Part shown: positions 36,099 to 48,312 of the stretch, in pieces | Layout of the letters: each line of letters begins with the position of its first letter | Numbering within the stretch: the stretch's first letter is position 1 | NCBI RefSeq assembly: GCF_006345805.1 | Contig: NC_043000.1 | Coordinates: forward strand, 13,888,001 to 13,952,000 | Direction: 5' to 3' | DNA length: 64,000 bases | From: Octopus sinensis | Taxonomy: Eukaryota | The notes under the pieces: model-generated | Seen by the model: the letters and a program-made list of their open reading frames with translations, nothing else | What the model was told of the DNA's origin: nothing | Databases searched by the model: none | Program-made: the position numbers and the translations under genes

Positions 36099-38206
36099 AA
36101 CAAAATTTCTTTCCTGAGAGATCTTACTGCATGCTATCAAGCCCTATGCATAGTACTCTTGGAAACTTACCTCAGCCCTGATATAGAGGATGCAGAAGTA
36201 CACGTACCAAACTATGCCTTACTGCGAGCAGACAGAAGGAAAAGGAGCCATGGTGGAGTTGCTGTATACATCCGTGATGACCTCACACCCTAGGTCTTAC
36301 TGTCATACTCAAATTCGGTATGTGACACTCTAATTGTATACATAAGACAACATAATATAGTCATATGCCATACATATTGCCCACCGGATGCTCCAAACCA
36401 CATAGGCAAGTTTGAAGATTTCCTCACAAGAATTAAAGAAATCCTCATGAATCTGGAACACCACGTGACCATATTTCTTATGGGTGATTTCAACTTCCCC
36501 AACGTCAAATGGCCTGAAGGTCTCATACTCTCGGGAATGACTCATTGCAAGCAAGAACAGGTGGAGTCCCTGTTCAACCTCACCAATGCCCTATTTATGG
36601 AGCAAGCTGTACTCAGACCACCTAGGGCGAATAACATTCTGGATCTCTGCTTCACGAACAATATGGACATCATTCATGATGTGAAAGTGACACTGACATT
36701 AGTCTCGGATCACAACATAACAGAGCTGTCTATGTTTGGGCCAAAAGTAACCAGAGACATACAGCCTAAAGGAAGCACCCGAAATCTCTCCAATCTGAAC
36801 TTCCGCAAAGCAGATTGGAAATCGATCCATAAAGAGATCCTTATAGAGGACTGGCCGGAATGTCTCTCCACACCAGACATTGACATGAAACTAGAATGTT
36901 TCATGTCTTCTATGCAAGCCATATGCCAGAAATATGTCGCAGAGCACAAGGCCAAAGCAAATAGGAGCAAGATTCCAAGGGAGAGGAAGATTCTCATGAG
37001 ATGACAGACAAAGGTTGCAAATCGACTCAACCAACATCCCAAAAGTAGCGAGACGTTCCGCCTAAAAACAACACTGATGCAGATCGAAAAAAGGCTGCAG
37101 CAATCCTATGTGAGGGAGAAAGCAGACAAAGAAGCCTGGGTTATAAAATACATTAAGTCAAACCCAAAGGCCTTCTTTCATTATGCGAAAGAAACAGCCT
37201 CAGTACACTACAAGATAGGACCCCTCCTCCAAAAGGATGGCTCCCTCACAGACAGTTCAACTAAGATCAGTGAGATACTGAATGACCAGTTCAAAAGTGT
37301 CTTTACCACCCTGTTGGAACACAGACAAGTGAACGAACCAGTGGTCTCCATTGCTGCCTCACCTATAACCAGCGAGGCAGTTACAATGGAATACATTGAC
37401 ATTAGCGAAGAAGATATACCACTAGCCATAGATGAAGTGGACACAAACTCAACTGCTGGTCCTGATGGTTTCCCAGCAATCCTCCTTAAATCATGTAAGC
37501 ATGCTCTGGCAAAACCCCTCCAGATTCTCTTCCAGAGCTTTCTTACAAATGGCAAACTGCCAAGCAAGCTGAAGGAAGGAATCATATGCCCAATGCATAA
37601 AGGAGGAAGTAGAGCAGATGCTAAAAACTATAAGCCTATCTCTCTGACTTCTCACATCAGCAAAGTCATGGAACTGATAGTCAGAGGGAAACTAATCACA
37701 TTCCTTGAAGAAAATAACTTGCTGAGAGATACCCAGCATGGTTTTCGACCAGGTAGGAGCTGCCTGACCTAGCTCTTACAACATTATGACTGAATGTTGA
37801 GGCAGTTACTCAACAATCAAATGTGGACGTAATATACCTTGATTTTGCAAAAGCTTTGGACAAGGTGGATCTTGGTATGATATGCTACAAACTGCATGAC
37901 CTTGGCATAGCTGGAAAACTTGGAGAGTGGTTACATGACTTTCTGAAAGATAGGAGTCAGGCAGTTGTGGCTAATGGAGCCACCTCTATGAACACACAAA
38001 TAGCGAGCGGTGTTCCACAGGGCACTGTCTTGGGACCATTCTTTTTATGGTGGCCCTCTCAGATATGCCCGGATAGCCACTCTAGCAAGCTATGCAGATG
38101 ATACGAAAGTCTTGCAGAAAATACAGAACCCCAGTGATGTTGCATACCTGCAGCAGGAGTTGGACTCAATTTACAGATAGGCTGAAGATAATGATATGCA
38201 GTTTAA
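36098..38206 (+). mobile_element. CR1-clade non-LTR retrotransposon ORF2 fragment (APE endonuclease + reverse transcriptase), inactivated, 3' part missing
   Basis: APE motifs LLETYL, GGVAVYI, MGDFNFP, NILDLCF, SDHN; RT motifs AGPDGFPA, NYKPISLTS, QHGFRPGRSCLT, YLDFAKALDKV, SGVPQGTVLGP, YADD. About 1.7 kb stays in one frame with four stops (near 36291, 37002, 37770, 37791), followed by frameshifts. Confidence 0.95.
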
Positions 38207-38584
38207 TATATATGTATATATGCATATACATATGTATATATGTATGTGTGTGTATGTATGTATATCATCATCATCGTTTAACGTCCGTTCTCCATGCTAG
38301 CATGGGTTGGACGGTTCGACCGGGGATCTGGGAAGCCAGAAGGCTGCACCAGGCTCCGGTCTTATCTGGCAATGTTTCTACAGCTGGATGCCCTTCCTAA
38401 CGCCAACCACTCCGTGAGTGTAGTGGGTGCTTTTTACGTGCCACCTGCACTGGTGCCAGGCGAGGCTGGCATCGGCCACGGTCGGATTGGTGCATTTTAC
38501 ATGCACATATTTATACACACACATATAAACAAGGGCAAAAGAAAAAATTCCAATGCCAAATATGCCGAGAAAAGATTTTAAATC

Positions 38585-38940
38585 GTCATTCTGGGGCAGT
38601 GGCTAGAAGTGTTTGCTTGACCGAATTGACCCCAGTTCTTATATTTTAACTCTGGTGCTTTTTCTATCAATGTGTTTTGCTAAATTGCCAAGTTATGGGG
38701 GATATGAACAAACCAACGCCATTTGTTCAGTGATAGTTGGTGACAAACACGCTTCTGCATACACACACACGCACTCGTATATGAGTCAAGCTTCCACACA
38801 ATTTCCGTCAACCAGAGTTATTCACAAGATGTTGGTTGTCTGAGGGGTATAATAAAAGGCATTTCCCCAAAGTGCTGTGTAGTGGGACTGAATCTGTAAT
38901 CACAGTGTTGCAAAGCAGGCCTTTTAAACACACAGCCATG
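38585..38940 (-). mobile_element. SINE family A, CR1-type variant, decayed
   Basis: Second module, hinge and head recognisable. Confidence 0.65.
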
Positions 38941-41900
38941 CTCTGTGTTTTTCAACTCTTTACAGAAAAAGGTTCCAATTTTTGTATAAAGAGAGAATAT
39001 GGATGGGGAATGTTCCATCTACCAAATTTCGTTTACAAGTCTTGGATCAATCTGAGACTATGGTAGAAGACACTTTGGAATGAACCCATGACCTCATGAC
39101 TGAGAAGCAAACTACTTTGTTACTTGGTCCAAGCATCCATAGTTTCTAAATGTTGACTACATTGGTTGATTATTAGTTTACTAATGGTTAGAAGGAAGGT
39201 AATAAGTTTATGTAGCAATAGGTTAATTTTTTTTTCATTTTTAAAATCCTGGAAAGTGGGGAAAACCTATTACAATATCTATAGCAGTATATTACAACTA
39301 CTTATTTAGTAATTGATAAAAGGAAAAGTCAGCCCCAGTGTAATTTCAACTCTTATTTCTGTGGCAATAATTATATTTTAGAAAGTTGGAATATATGGAT
39401 GCAGGTAATAAGACAGCAGAATTTCAGAATATCAGATGTGAAGTTTAGGTCATTTATGTCCAATCATAAAAGTAGTGGGGGGCGAGAGTGTTTTGAATTA
39501 TTGAGTTCTTCAAACATTACATTTGCCTTAATCAGCCTGGCAGTGGAATATTTTCACTGTAAAGTTTAGTGGTTAGTGTCATCAAGTGTAAAGATGGCTG
39601 CAAAGAGGGAAGCAGAACTACTAGATTTACACCAGCAGCTGTAAATAGGGGGTAAGAGAAGTGTAGAAGTTTAGTTGAAATGTGACAAGCAGATACAGCA
39701 GCTGCTCAGAAATTCTAATAAAGGTGTTCTGAGAATGTGTAGTTCTAGACTCTGAAGAAAATAAAAATAAATAAATAAATAAAATAGCAAAGCTCTCTAT
39801 CACTTTTTCTCATACACACACAGCATTATTCTCCAAATTTGTTGCTTTAATAACTATCTATTATAATTATTGTTTGACTTTTATCTTTCTTGCTAATTGT
39901 TTGAACTTGGATTTTTGTTTATTCTGCACACTTGCCTTATATATTTTTTTTCCACTATTGACATTTAACCTAGTGATGTTCACTGGTTTCTTACAGTAAA
40001 TCTACTTCAGATAGAGAATTACAAAATTGCTGGAACTTTTGTCTGCACTGTAACACAAGCAAAACCAATGTCTACATGACAGAAAACAATGTTTCCTAGA
40101 TGTTCTCAGTGACATTTGATCTACACCAGAAATTAGCTTGCTTACTAGTTTTTTGCAGCAGTGATATTATTATTATTATTAGGTTTCTATTTTAATGTTT
40201 CCATTACGTTTTCTATCAATATACATACTATGAAAGGCTTTGTGATAAATATAAACCAACTATTAGAAATAGGGGCTGCACTATTAATCCAGATTTCCAT
40301 GGCATTTAATGCTCAACCTAAATTATTGACAAAGTACATGAGAAATATAAGTAGCTAGATAAAAAAAAGTTAGCTGCAAATATATTTTTTTGCATTCCTT
40401 TGGCACACCTTACTACTTGCTTAAGTTGTACTTACAACTCCCTTTTTTTTTTCCTCCTCATACTCCATCACTCTTATTTGAATACACCCCAGTAGTCAGT
40501 GAAAGTTCACCACTGCCTTTTTGTCAATATCACAAGAATTGTTTAATTACAGTTCATGAAATTGTTTTCTCTCTCTTTCCTCTCTCTCAAAATCTATCAT
40601 CTGTTTGCTAGATCTCTATTCATAATTCAAGAATTTATGGTAGGAAATAAATAATATATACATTCCCCTACAGAAAACAAGAAAAAAAAAAACTAGTAGT
40701 AACCTGAATTGATATTTACTAATAAATATCTGTGAACTGGTATCTAAAATAGTAGATCAATCAATTTCTGTGTAAAACTGAAAGTTTCAAGCTAAAAGTA
40801 TTACTTGTATTGTTGTAACCAATGATATCCAAGTGGTAAAATGTGTAACCTGCAATGCAGAATACTGCTGCAACAGTAGCAGTAGCAACAGCAGCAGTAT
40901 TCTGCATTGTCAGATGTTTCTAAGTACATAGTTGAAGGATATTGCTGCCAACCTCTTTTATAGTTAATGTGAAAATATATTCAAAACAATTACACAAGAA
41001 GATATTTTGCAAAATAAAACAATAGCTTAAATCTTAATGTTTGCATTACATTTAAAGTTAATATTAGTGTATTGTAATGCCTGCAATAGTTGCATTGATC
41101 AGTTCATGTTGCAATCTGTATGGCTATTTACAGATATGCAGTTCTCCATACAAAACTGTTTGCACAGAGGAGGCTATCCATTATAGATACTAAGATCTAT
41201 ATAATTAGTAGGTTACTACATGGAGTAAGATTAGTCATTCTTTGATATTGAGCTCTTTTAGTTGTTCTTAGCTGTTAAATTGCTCCTACAGATATTTCAT
41301 TATTGTTTGATTTTTTCCTTCTTTCACTTATATATCATCTACTTTAGGTCCAGTAAGTACTGGCCACTGCTTGCTGGAAAAACTTACTCTCAACTGCAAC
41401 CAACAAACTTGTGAGGGATAACAGAATTAATGACACCTGATTCCTTGTTAGTATGGTTTATGCCCTAGTTTGTAGCCAAAATAGGCGAGGAGAAGGAGGA
41501 GGAGAAGAAGAAAAGCACAGCTAAAAATAGTGTATGAGATAGTGACAAAAGCTTCTACCTCCATCCAACAGTGACACAATAAATAAACTAGCTTAACAGC
41601 TTGCCTTCTGTTTCAGCATAAATAATATTCTGCACATTGAACAGGATTGAGCTGTTCTCTTCTTCTCTTTCAATACATAGTTGTGTTTTATTTCATTCAC
41701 AACAACAACAGTTTAATAAGTATAATTTAAACACTTTCACATCTAGTGCTAAAAAAAAAAATCTTTTTATTAATTGTCAAAGAAGAAATTGAAGAAAGAA
41801 AAAAAATGTGAATCTACTTTAGATGGTCATTCACTAATATTGTTGTATGCTTTTATATACTTTTTAATATGTATGGGGGGGGGGGGTGAACAGAAGGTAA

Positions 41901-42421
41901 CCTGTCTGAAATCCTATGTAGCTACAATTTACATTTTTACTACAAAGTATGTTGGAAAAGCATTTTTTTTTTCTTCAGGTCAATTGAGCTTCTTTGAAAC
42001 AATTTATTTAATTGTTTTCTTTTGAAGCCTTTTTTTTATCTTGTGTATACTGTCCTGTTTCACAATAATTTTTCAGTAGAATGTATTGTCACTCTAAAAG
42101 ATCATTTCTGCTGAGTTACTAATCTTTTATTGCCAAATGGGCTTTGGATGAAAGTACTTTATAGGACCTGGGTACAAAAGTGGTAGCGGTTACATTGAAA
42201 GTAAATGAAATGAAAAGTAGCTGTATATACTGTGTACAAAATATGGTAATGTTTCAAGAGGAGGACAATCACCATGGGCCAATCAAGGTAGCCCATGCAT
42301 CTAGGATTACCCTGACTACTATGGGTAAGCACTTGCTCCCAACTTTCATTCTCCAGCCTACAACTGGGCCATTCTCACCGTTCTACTCACTGTCTGACAT
42401 ATTTACAGGAGTACAGCACCT

Positions 42422-42426
<5 letters not shown>

Positions 42427-42488
<62 letters not shown>
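42427..42488. repeat. (CT)31 microsatellite
   Basis: Directly visible. Confidence 0.97.
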
Positions 42489-42492
<4 letters not shown>

Positions 42493-44144
42493 AGGAATTG
42501 CAAAGTTATTGAGGGTTTGACAAAGAAGAAAGTGTCTGCCCAAGTCTTTTCAGTCACTCCACCATAAATTTTTGTTCACTGGACAGGAGAAAGGCTGTCC
42601 ATCCTTCTCTGCCAAAGGAAGGCAGTGGGACAAGGACTCCTAGAACACATGCATTTATACATCCTATATTGAGTTAATCTAAGTTGATTGCAGATAAGAA
42701 TAAGAGAGCAGTCAACTACCTATTTGGTTTTGGAGACAAGAATAACTAGGTCTTCTCTGTTGTAATGGTAGGTTCCATGAAGTGTCTCTCTAAAATGTAT
42801 TTATTTGGTTTCTTACGAAATAGTGAAATGATGTTCCAACATATACTCACTTTGTGAGTATATGTTGATAATGACGATGGACTTTAGAGAATTATTATTA
42901 ATTACCATCATCATTACAGCTCAATTTAGATGCTGGAATGCTTCAAAGGACAGTTGAAGTTGATAATGAAAATTTAGATTTTTAATGTTCTTGAGTATGA
43001 ACATTTTACTTGCCATCTGAATATATTACTCACCTTCAACAAACAACCTTAACAAATTTTGTCTATTTAAAAAAGAAAAATGCATCACTGTTAAAAGTAT
43101 TAACAAAACCATGCTAATATATTGAATTACTTTAAACATCTCTAACAAGAAATGGGTTTCTCTAAATTAAAAAAAACTGAATTATCTTGATGTGTGCAGA
43201 TAAAATACTCAGTAGATGTACTTCCCCACATCTTCATTTTCACTCAAGTGAAACTGTATATTACTGTTCAGCTATATATTCCATAGCCTTGTAATCTTCA
43301 CTGTTTTATATATATATATATACATATATATATATTTGCGTGTGCATACATACATACATACATACATATGGTAGTGGTGGTGGGTTCTATTTATATCAAA
43401 TAAAGTGAAAAAAGTCTATTGATATTCAAGTCAGAAGTATGGTAATTATGCAAGAAAATCATCAGTGCTAACAAAAAAAAAAATTATTTGGCATAGCTCT
43501 TTGACTTACATATTTGTTTTCACATATATTTGTATGTGTGAATATAGTTTTTGCAGAGTTTCCTTAAAATCTCTAAATCAGTTCTTTCATGTCATCTGAT
43601 ATATCCTTGGAAGTATTATGGAGTTACTTGGATATTGGAAGCAGTCGTTGATAGCTTTCTGTTTAAATGTGATGTTCGCTGTTTTGATAATAGTGACTAA
43701 AGAGCCTTACTTGTTTCCTTCCGTCAAAATATTCAGTTTATAGATATGAAGTTTATAGCGCCTCTTCTGTTTTCCCAGTTGGCTAGGATCATAAATTTGA
43801 ACATCTAACCAAAATATTACAGTTGTATATGTGTTTCTGGTTTCCATGTGCCAGTATTGGATTTGCTGTGCTCTCATAACACCTCATCTTAACCATACAT
43901 CAGCCACATAGAAACAAGGATTTGTGGTGGATGTTTGTTCTTTACTATTTAGTAACTGAAATTGTTACCACATCTCACTCGCTTTCAATGCCTTCATATT
44001 CTGTCAGAAAACCTTAGATTTTTTATCAAAATGCCCCAACTGCAACTTCAAATGATTGGAAAAAAGCAAAATGTATGTAAATAATATGGCATAAGCAAAT
44101 CCACAGGTCAAGACTTTAATGAAACAGTATTGCTGATAACAACA

Positions 44145-44577
44145 ATAATAATAATAATAAGGATAATGGTTTCTGATTTAGTCAATACTGTTGATCCATA
44201 ATTGATTGGTTTTTATTGAGTTTTCTTATCGACCTCAAAGAGATGGAAAGTAAAGTTGACCTTGGTGGGATTTGAACTTAGAATGTAAAGAGCTGTGAAA
44301 AATACCAGAAGGCATTTTGTCTGATGCTGTGATGATTCTGTCAATCTAAATAATAATAATAATGATAATGGTCTCAAATTTTGGCGCAGGGCTAGCAGTT
44401 TTTGAGAGGAGGGAAAAGTCAATTACATTGACCCTAGCATTTGACTGGCACTTATTTTATTTAAAGGACAGAGGGCAAAATTGACCTCAGTAGAATCTGA
44501 ACTCAGAATGTTAAGACGGACGAAATGCTGCTAAACATTTTGTTCAGCATGCTAACGATTCTGCCAGCTTGCCACAA
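44145..44577 (-). mobile_element. Two head-to-tail SINE family B variants with (TTA)n tails
   Basis: Repeated GACCT..GA(T/A)TTGAAC..AGAATG blocks, separated and terminated by (AAT)n on the + strand. Confidence 0.7.
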
Positions 44578-44777
44578 TAATAATAATAATAATAATCATA
44601 ATGCTGATGAGGTAATTCCTTTGGATTTTAACAATAGTTTTGTATAAAGTCTTCACCTGGTTTAAGGCTTATATTTATGAATAAGTTGGCAATGAGAAGA
44701 CTGTACTCATGATCTGTTGCAGCCCTTTCCAGACTGTTGATGCTGATGTTATTGATGTTAAGCTCGATCATCTATAG

Positions 44778-45122
44778 CAGTGGTTCCCAACCTGTAGTCT
44801 GCAAAGGTAGTACTGGGGATCCGTGAACTAAATTCAAAATTTCATCATCATCATTTAGCATCCGTTTTCCATGCTAGCATGGGTTGGACGGTTTAACTGG
44901 GGTCTGTGAAGCCGGAAGGCTTCATCAGGCCCAGTCAGATTTGGCAGTGTTTCTACGGCTGGATGCCCTTCCTAACGCCAACCACTCCGTGAGTGTAGTG
45001 GGTGCTTTTTACGTGCCACCTGCATATATATATACATAAGGATAAGCATATTAAAAGGAGTCCATGGGAAAACTCATTTAAATAAAAGGGGTCCTTGGTA
45101 GTGAAAAGGTTAGGAACTACTG
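44778..45122. mobile_element. hAT (Charlie-like) MITE with a nested family E insertion at 44842-45023
   Basis: TIRs CAGTGGTTCCCAACCT / AGGTTAGGAACTACTG (14/16); 8-bp TSD ATCTATAG / TTCTATAG. Confidence 0.85.
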
Positions 45123-45683
45123 TTCTATAGTTTATCTGTGAGAAGAAATATGTGTTGGGTAAGATTTAGGGGGCTATAGCTTTTTAGAGGAAAGGTTGAG
45201 CCAAGTGTTTATTATTTTGATTTTGTTAGGGAGAAACGTATTCTTAAGACAAGAGGAAGAAAGCTGACACAGCAGATGGAATGAGGTACTGCAGCTTGCC
45301 AGATCAGAGAAGATATAGAAGAATCAGATGAAACAGTATGAATGTAGGCTAGTAGTTGTAGCTGATTAACGAATCTTTACTTATCTGTTAGATTGTTTTT
45401 TAAAGTGTTTAGTGTGTTTGTGCATATCAGCAGCAACACTGCCCAGATTTGCAAACAGTGTTCTGTCAGTTGCATGTAAGTTTTATAGGGGTTCAACATT
45501 GATTGCAGATGAAGAGTAAAAATTAAGCATTAGAATACAGCTTTAATAGTGACGTTTATAGATTTTTGCAAATAAAAGTATAGTTAGTTGCACACATAAG
45601 CTGAATTTTGAGACAATGACATGCTGGAAGTAGTATATAAGATCTATTTATAGGGGATATTATTATAGGAGTTGAGTGCGAAA

Positions 45684-45899
45684 GGCAGCGAGCTGGCAGA
45701 AACGTTAGCACGTTGGGCGAAATGCGTAGCCGTATTTCGTCTGTCGTTACATTCTGGGTTCAAATTCCGCCAAGGTTGACTTTGCCTTTCATCCTTTTGG
45801 GGTCGATAAATTAAGTACCAGTTACGCACTGGGGTCGATGTAATCGACTTAATCCGTTTGTTCCCTCTGTGTTTAGCCCCTTGTGGGTAGCAAAGAAAT
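45684..45899 (+). mobile_element. SINE family B with 16-bp target-site duplication
   Basis: Full length; TTATAGGAGTTGAGTG at 45663-45678 and 45900-45915. Confidence 0.92.
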
Positions 45900-46082
45900 T
45901 TATAGGAGTTGAGTGAATTGGAAAAGGTTTTTAAAAAGTTGTTCTATCTGTTAGCACAATTACTTGTCTTCCATTACAAAAGTAGTACAGGAGGCATGGG
46001 TTGCTGTTTGTTGGTAAAACCTGGTTAGTGAAAGGATTTGATTTAACCCTTTAGCATTTAAACTGGCCAGGATTTGATTTAA

Positions 46083-46297
46083 CCCTTAAGCATTTAAACT
46101 GGCCTTATCAGGCTCAAATATTCTACATGCTTTATGTTCAAACACGGCAAATCTGGTCTCTCACACCTACCCTACAATGTCATTCTAAAACAATCACATC
46201 ATCAAAATCTGGAAGCTACAAAATAATGCATCATTAATTGAAAATCAAATGAATAAATGAGCATTACATTTGATGAGGCAATCTGAATACTAAAGGG
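46083..46297. mobile_element. TTAA-flanked MITE, family 1, left junction tandemly duplicated
   Basis: TTAA-CCCTTAAGCATT ... AATACTAAAGGG-TTAA. Confidence 0.8.
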
Positions 46298-46510
46298 TTA
46301 ATTGTTGAAGAACAGCTCAGTGTTACTCATTATGTGTACAGTGTGAGCTTACCAGAAACATTGAGGACAAGTAAGTTGAGAAGTTAGGCAAGTATCAAAG
46401 AGATAATTTGATGCATGCTAGAATGAGAACTCTACTAGAATGGACTTGAAGAAAGTCCAGTGATCTTTGTGGAAAGTAACCATGTGTAACCATGGTAAAA
46501 TCTTTTGTCG

Positions 46511-46832
46511 TTTTACTTGTTTCAGTCATGGGACTGTAACCATGCTGGGGCACCACCTTGAAGGGTTCAGTGAAACAAAATGCTCCCAGTCAAGTCTGGT
46601 ACTTATTTTGTTGGTCTCTTTTGTTGAACTGCTAAGTTGTGGGACTAAACAAGCTTGCATTATGTGTGTGTTTGTGTGTATCCTCCACGGTTTCACAACC
46701 AAACGCACACAAAGTTTCCCTCTACCAAACTCACTCTCTAGGTATTAGACAGTCCAGGACTATAGTGGCAGACACTTGCCCAAGGCGTCATATGCTGAGA
46801 CAGAGCCCAAAACCCCAAGCTTCTTAACCACA
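46511..46832 (-). mobile_element. SINE family A, CR1-type tail
   Basis: TTTTACTTGTTTCAGTC..CCATGCTGGGGCACCACC through to the head CTTCTTAACCACA. Confidence 0.8.
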
Positions 46833-47947
46833 AGAAATATTGGTATGAAGTAATTACATCAGATCTGAAAACATGGCTCTGACAAAAGTGGAAACACAAG
46901 AAAGATGTTGTATTGCACACTTATCCAACCTATTTCAGCAGAGATGAAAAGATATTTAAGCAATAATGATGGTGGCAATGATTTAGCACACATACTACAT
47001 CAGACATTGTTTCCAATTTAATTTGTGCAGAGGGACAGAATTAATATATCTGTTTTTATAAAGTTAATGCATACAGAAGATTAAACATCAAATTAGCTTT
47101 TATAATATCTTTTTGTCTTTTCCTGAAGCCTCTACATTCAATTTCTTCCCTGGATATCAATGGAACTGTGTAGGGATGGCATAATTCTTATTTAGATTCA
47201 ATTCAAAAACTGCATAAAAATGGAAATAATTCTTGAATCAAAACAACTGATAGGAAGGAACATAACCAAAAAAGTTGATGTTATTATGTTATTAGTTGAG
47301 AATTGTCAGCAATATACCAAAAGAGTGCTAGGCAAGAATTCTATATTACAAAGACAATAAAATCAATAGGTACAGAACAGGTGTACTCGGATTTTGACTA
47401 GAAGGACAATAAACTAATATTTTCATGCAACCAGCTTGAAATTAAATACTATTGACTATAGTGATGGTTCATTGGATATAAGAAATAGATTCAGTTACCT
47501 AGGTAACTTATTTGTTGTTCATAGGTAGTGCCTATGATTGTGTGCCTAACAGGCAAAATAGAAGACAAACATTTAAGGATATTTTGTTTTTTTTACTGGC
47601 ATTTTCTTTTCTTTATCAGAAGAGTAATGTATATAATGTAAACAGTAGGGAAATATGGCAAGGGAAGATAACCATTTGGCTGTTGTTTAGCTTCAGGGTG
47701 AGAAATATCTACTCAGATATAGATAGAATTACCCAGCTTGCTAGAAATAGTAGCCTAATCCCCCACACATACCTTTTTATCTTAAAAAGGGAAAGATACA
47801 TTGAATAATGTGGTCTTTCAGAAAATACAAGTGTATATTAGATATTAGAAACTTTTGGGATGTTATAAGATGGACAAGTGATAGGATTCAATGGTGTGAG
47901 CTGGTAGTAAACATTAGCTGAGTTTTGAAGCCTTGTGTGATAGGATT

Positions 47948-48312
47948 AGGAGTGGCTGTATGGTAAGTAGGTTGCTTGCGAACCACATTGGGTTTGGTCC
48001 CACTGTGTGGCACCTTGGGCAAGTGTCTTCTACCATAGCCTCAGGCTGACCAAAGTCTTGTGAGTGGATTTGGTAGATGGAAACTGAAAGAAGCCCGTTG
48101 CATATGTATATGTTTGTGTCTGTATTTGTCCCCCCAACATCGCTTGACAACCGATGCTGGTATGTTTACGTCCCTGTAACTTAGCAGTTTGGCAAAAGAG
48201 ACCAATAGAATAAGTACTAGACTTACAAAGAATAAGTCCTGGGGTCGATTTGCTCAACTAAAGGCAGTGCTCCAGCATGGCCACAGTCACATGACTGAAA
48301 CAAGTAAGAGAG
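47948..48312 (+). mobile_element. SINE family A, CR1-type tail
   Basis: Colinear with 34759-35171 from head to tail. Confidence 0.9.

Noticed and set aside
35721-36181. Overlapping 72-139 aa ORFs rich in Y/I/C/V/M/T/H
   Set aside because: They are translations of a (TA/TG)n microsatellite array; the same applies to similar ORFs at 6205, 21041 and 25715-25952.
36098-38206. Active or domesticated LINE ORF2
   Set aside because: Four transition-type stops, several frameshifts and no 3' end.
47493-47508. 16-bp palindrome AGTTACCTAGGTAACT
   Set aside because: 8-bp arms are expected by chance about once or twice in 64 kb of AT-rich DNA (rough estimate).
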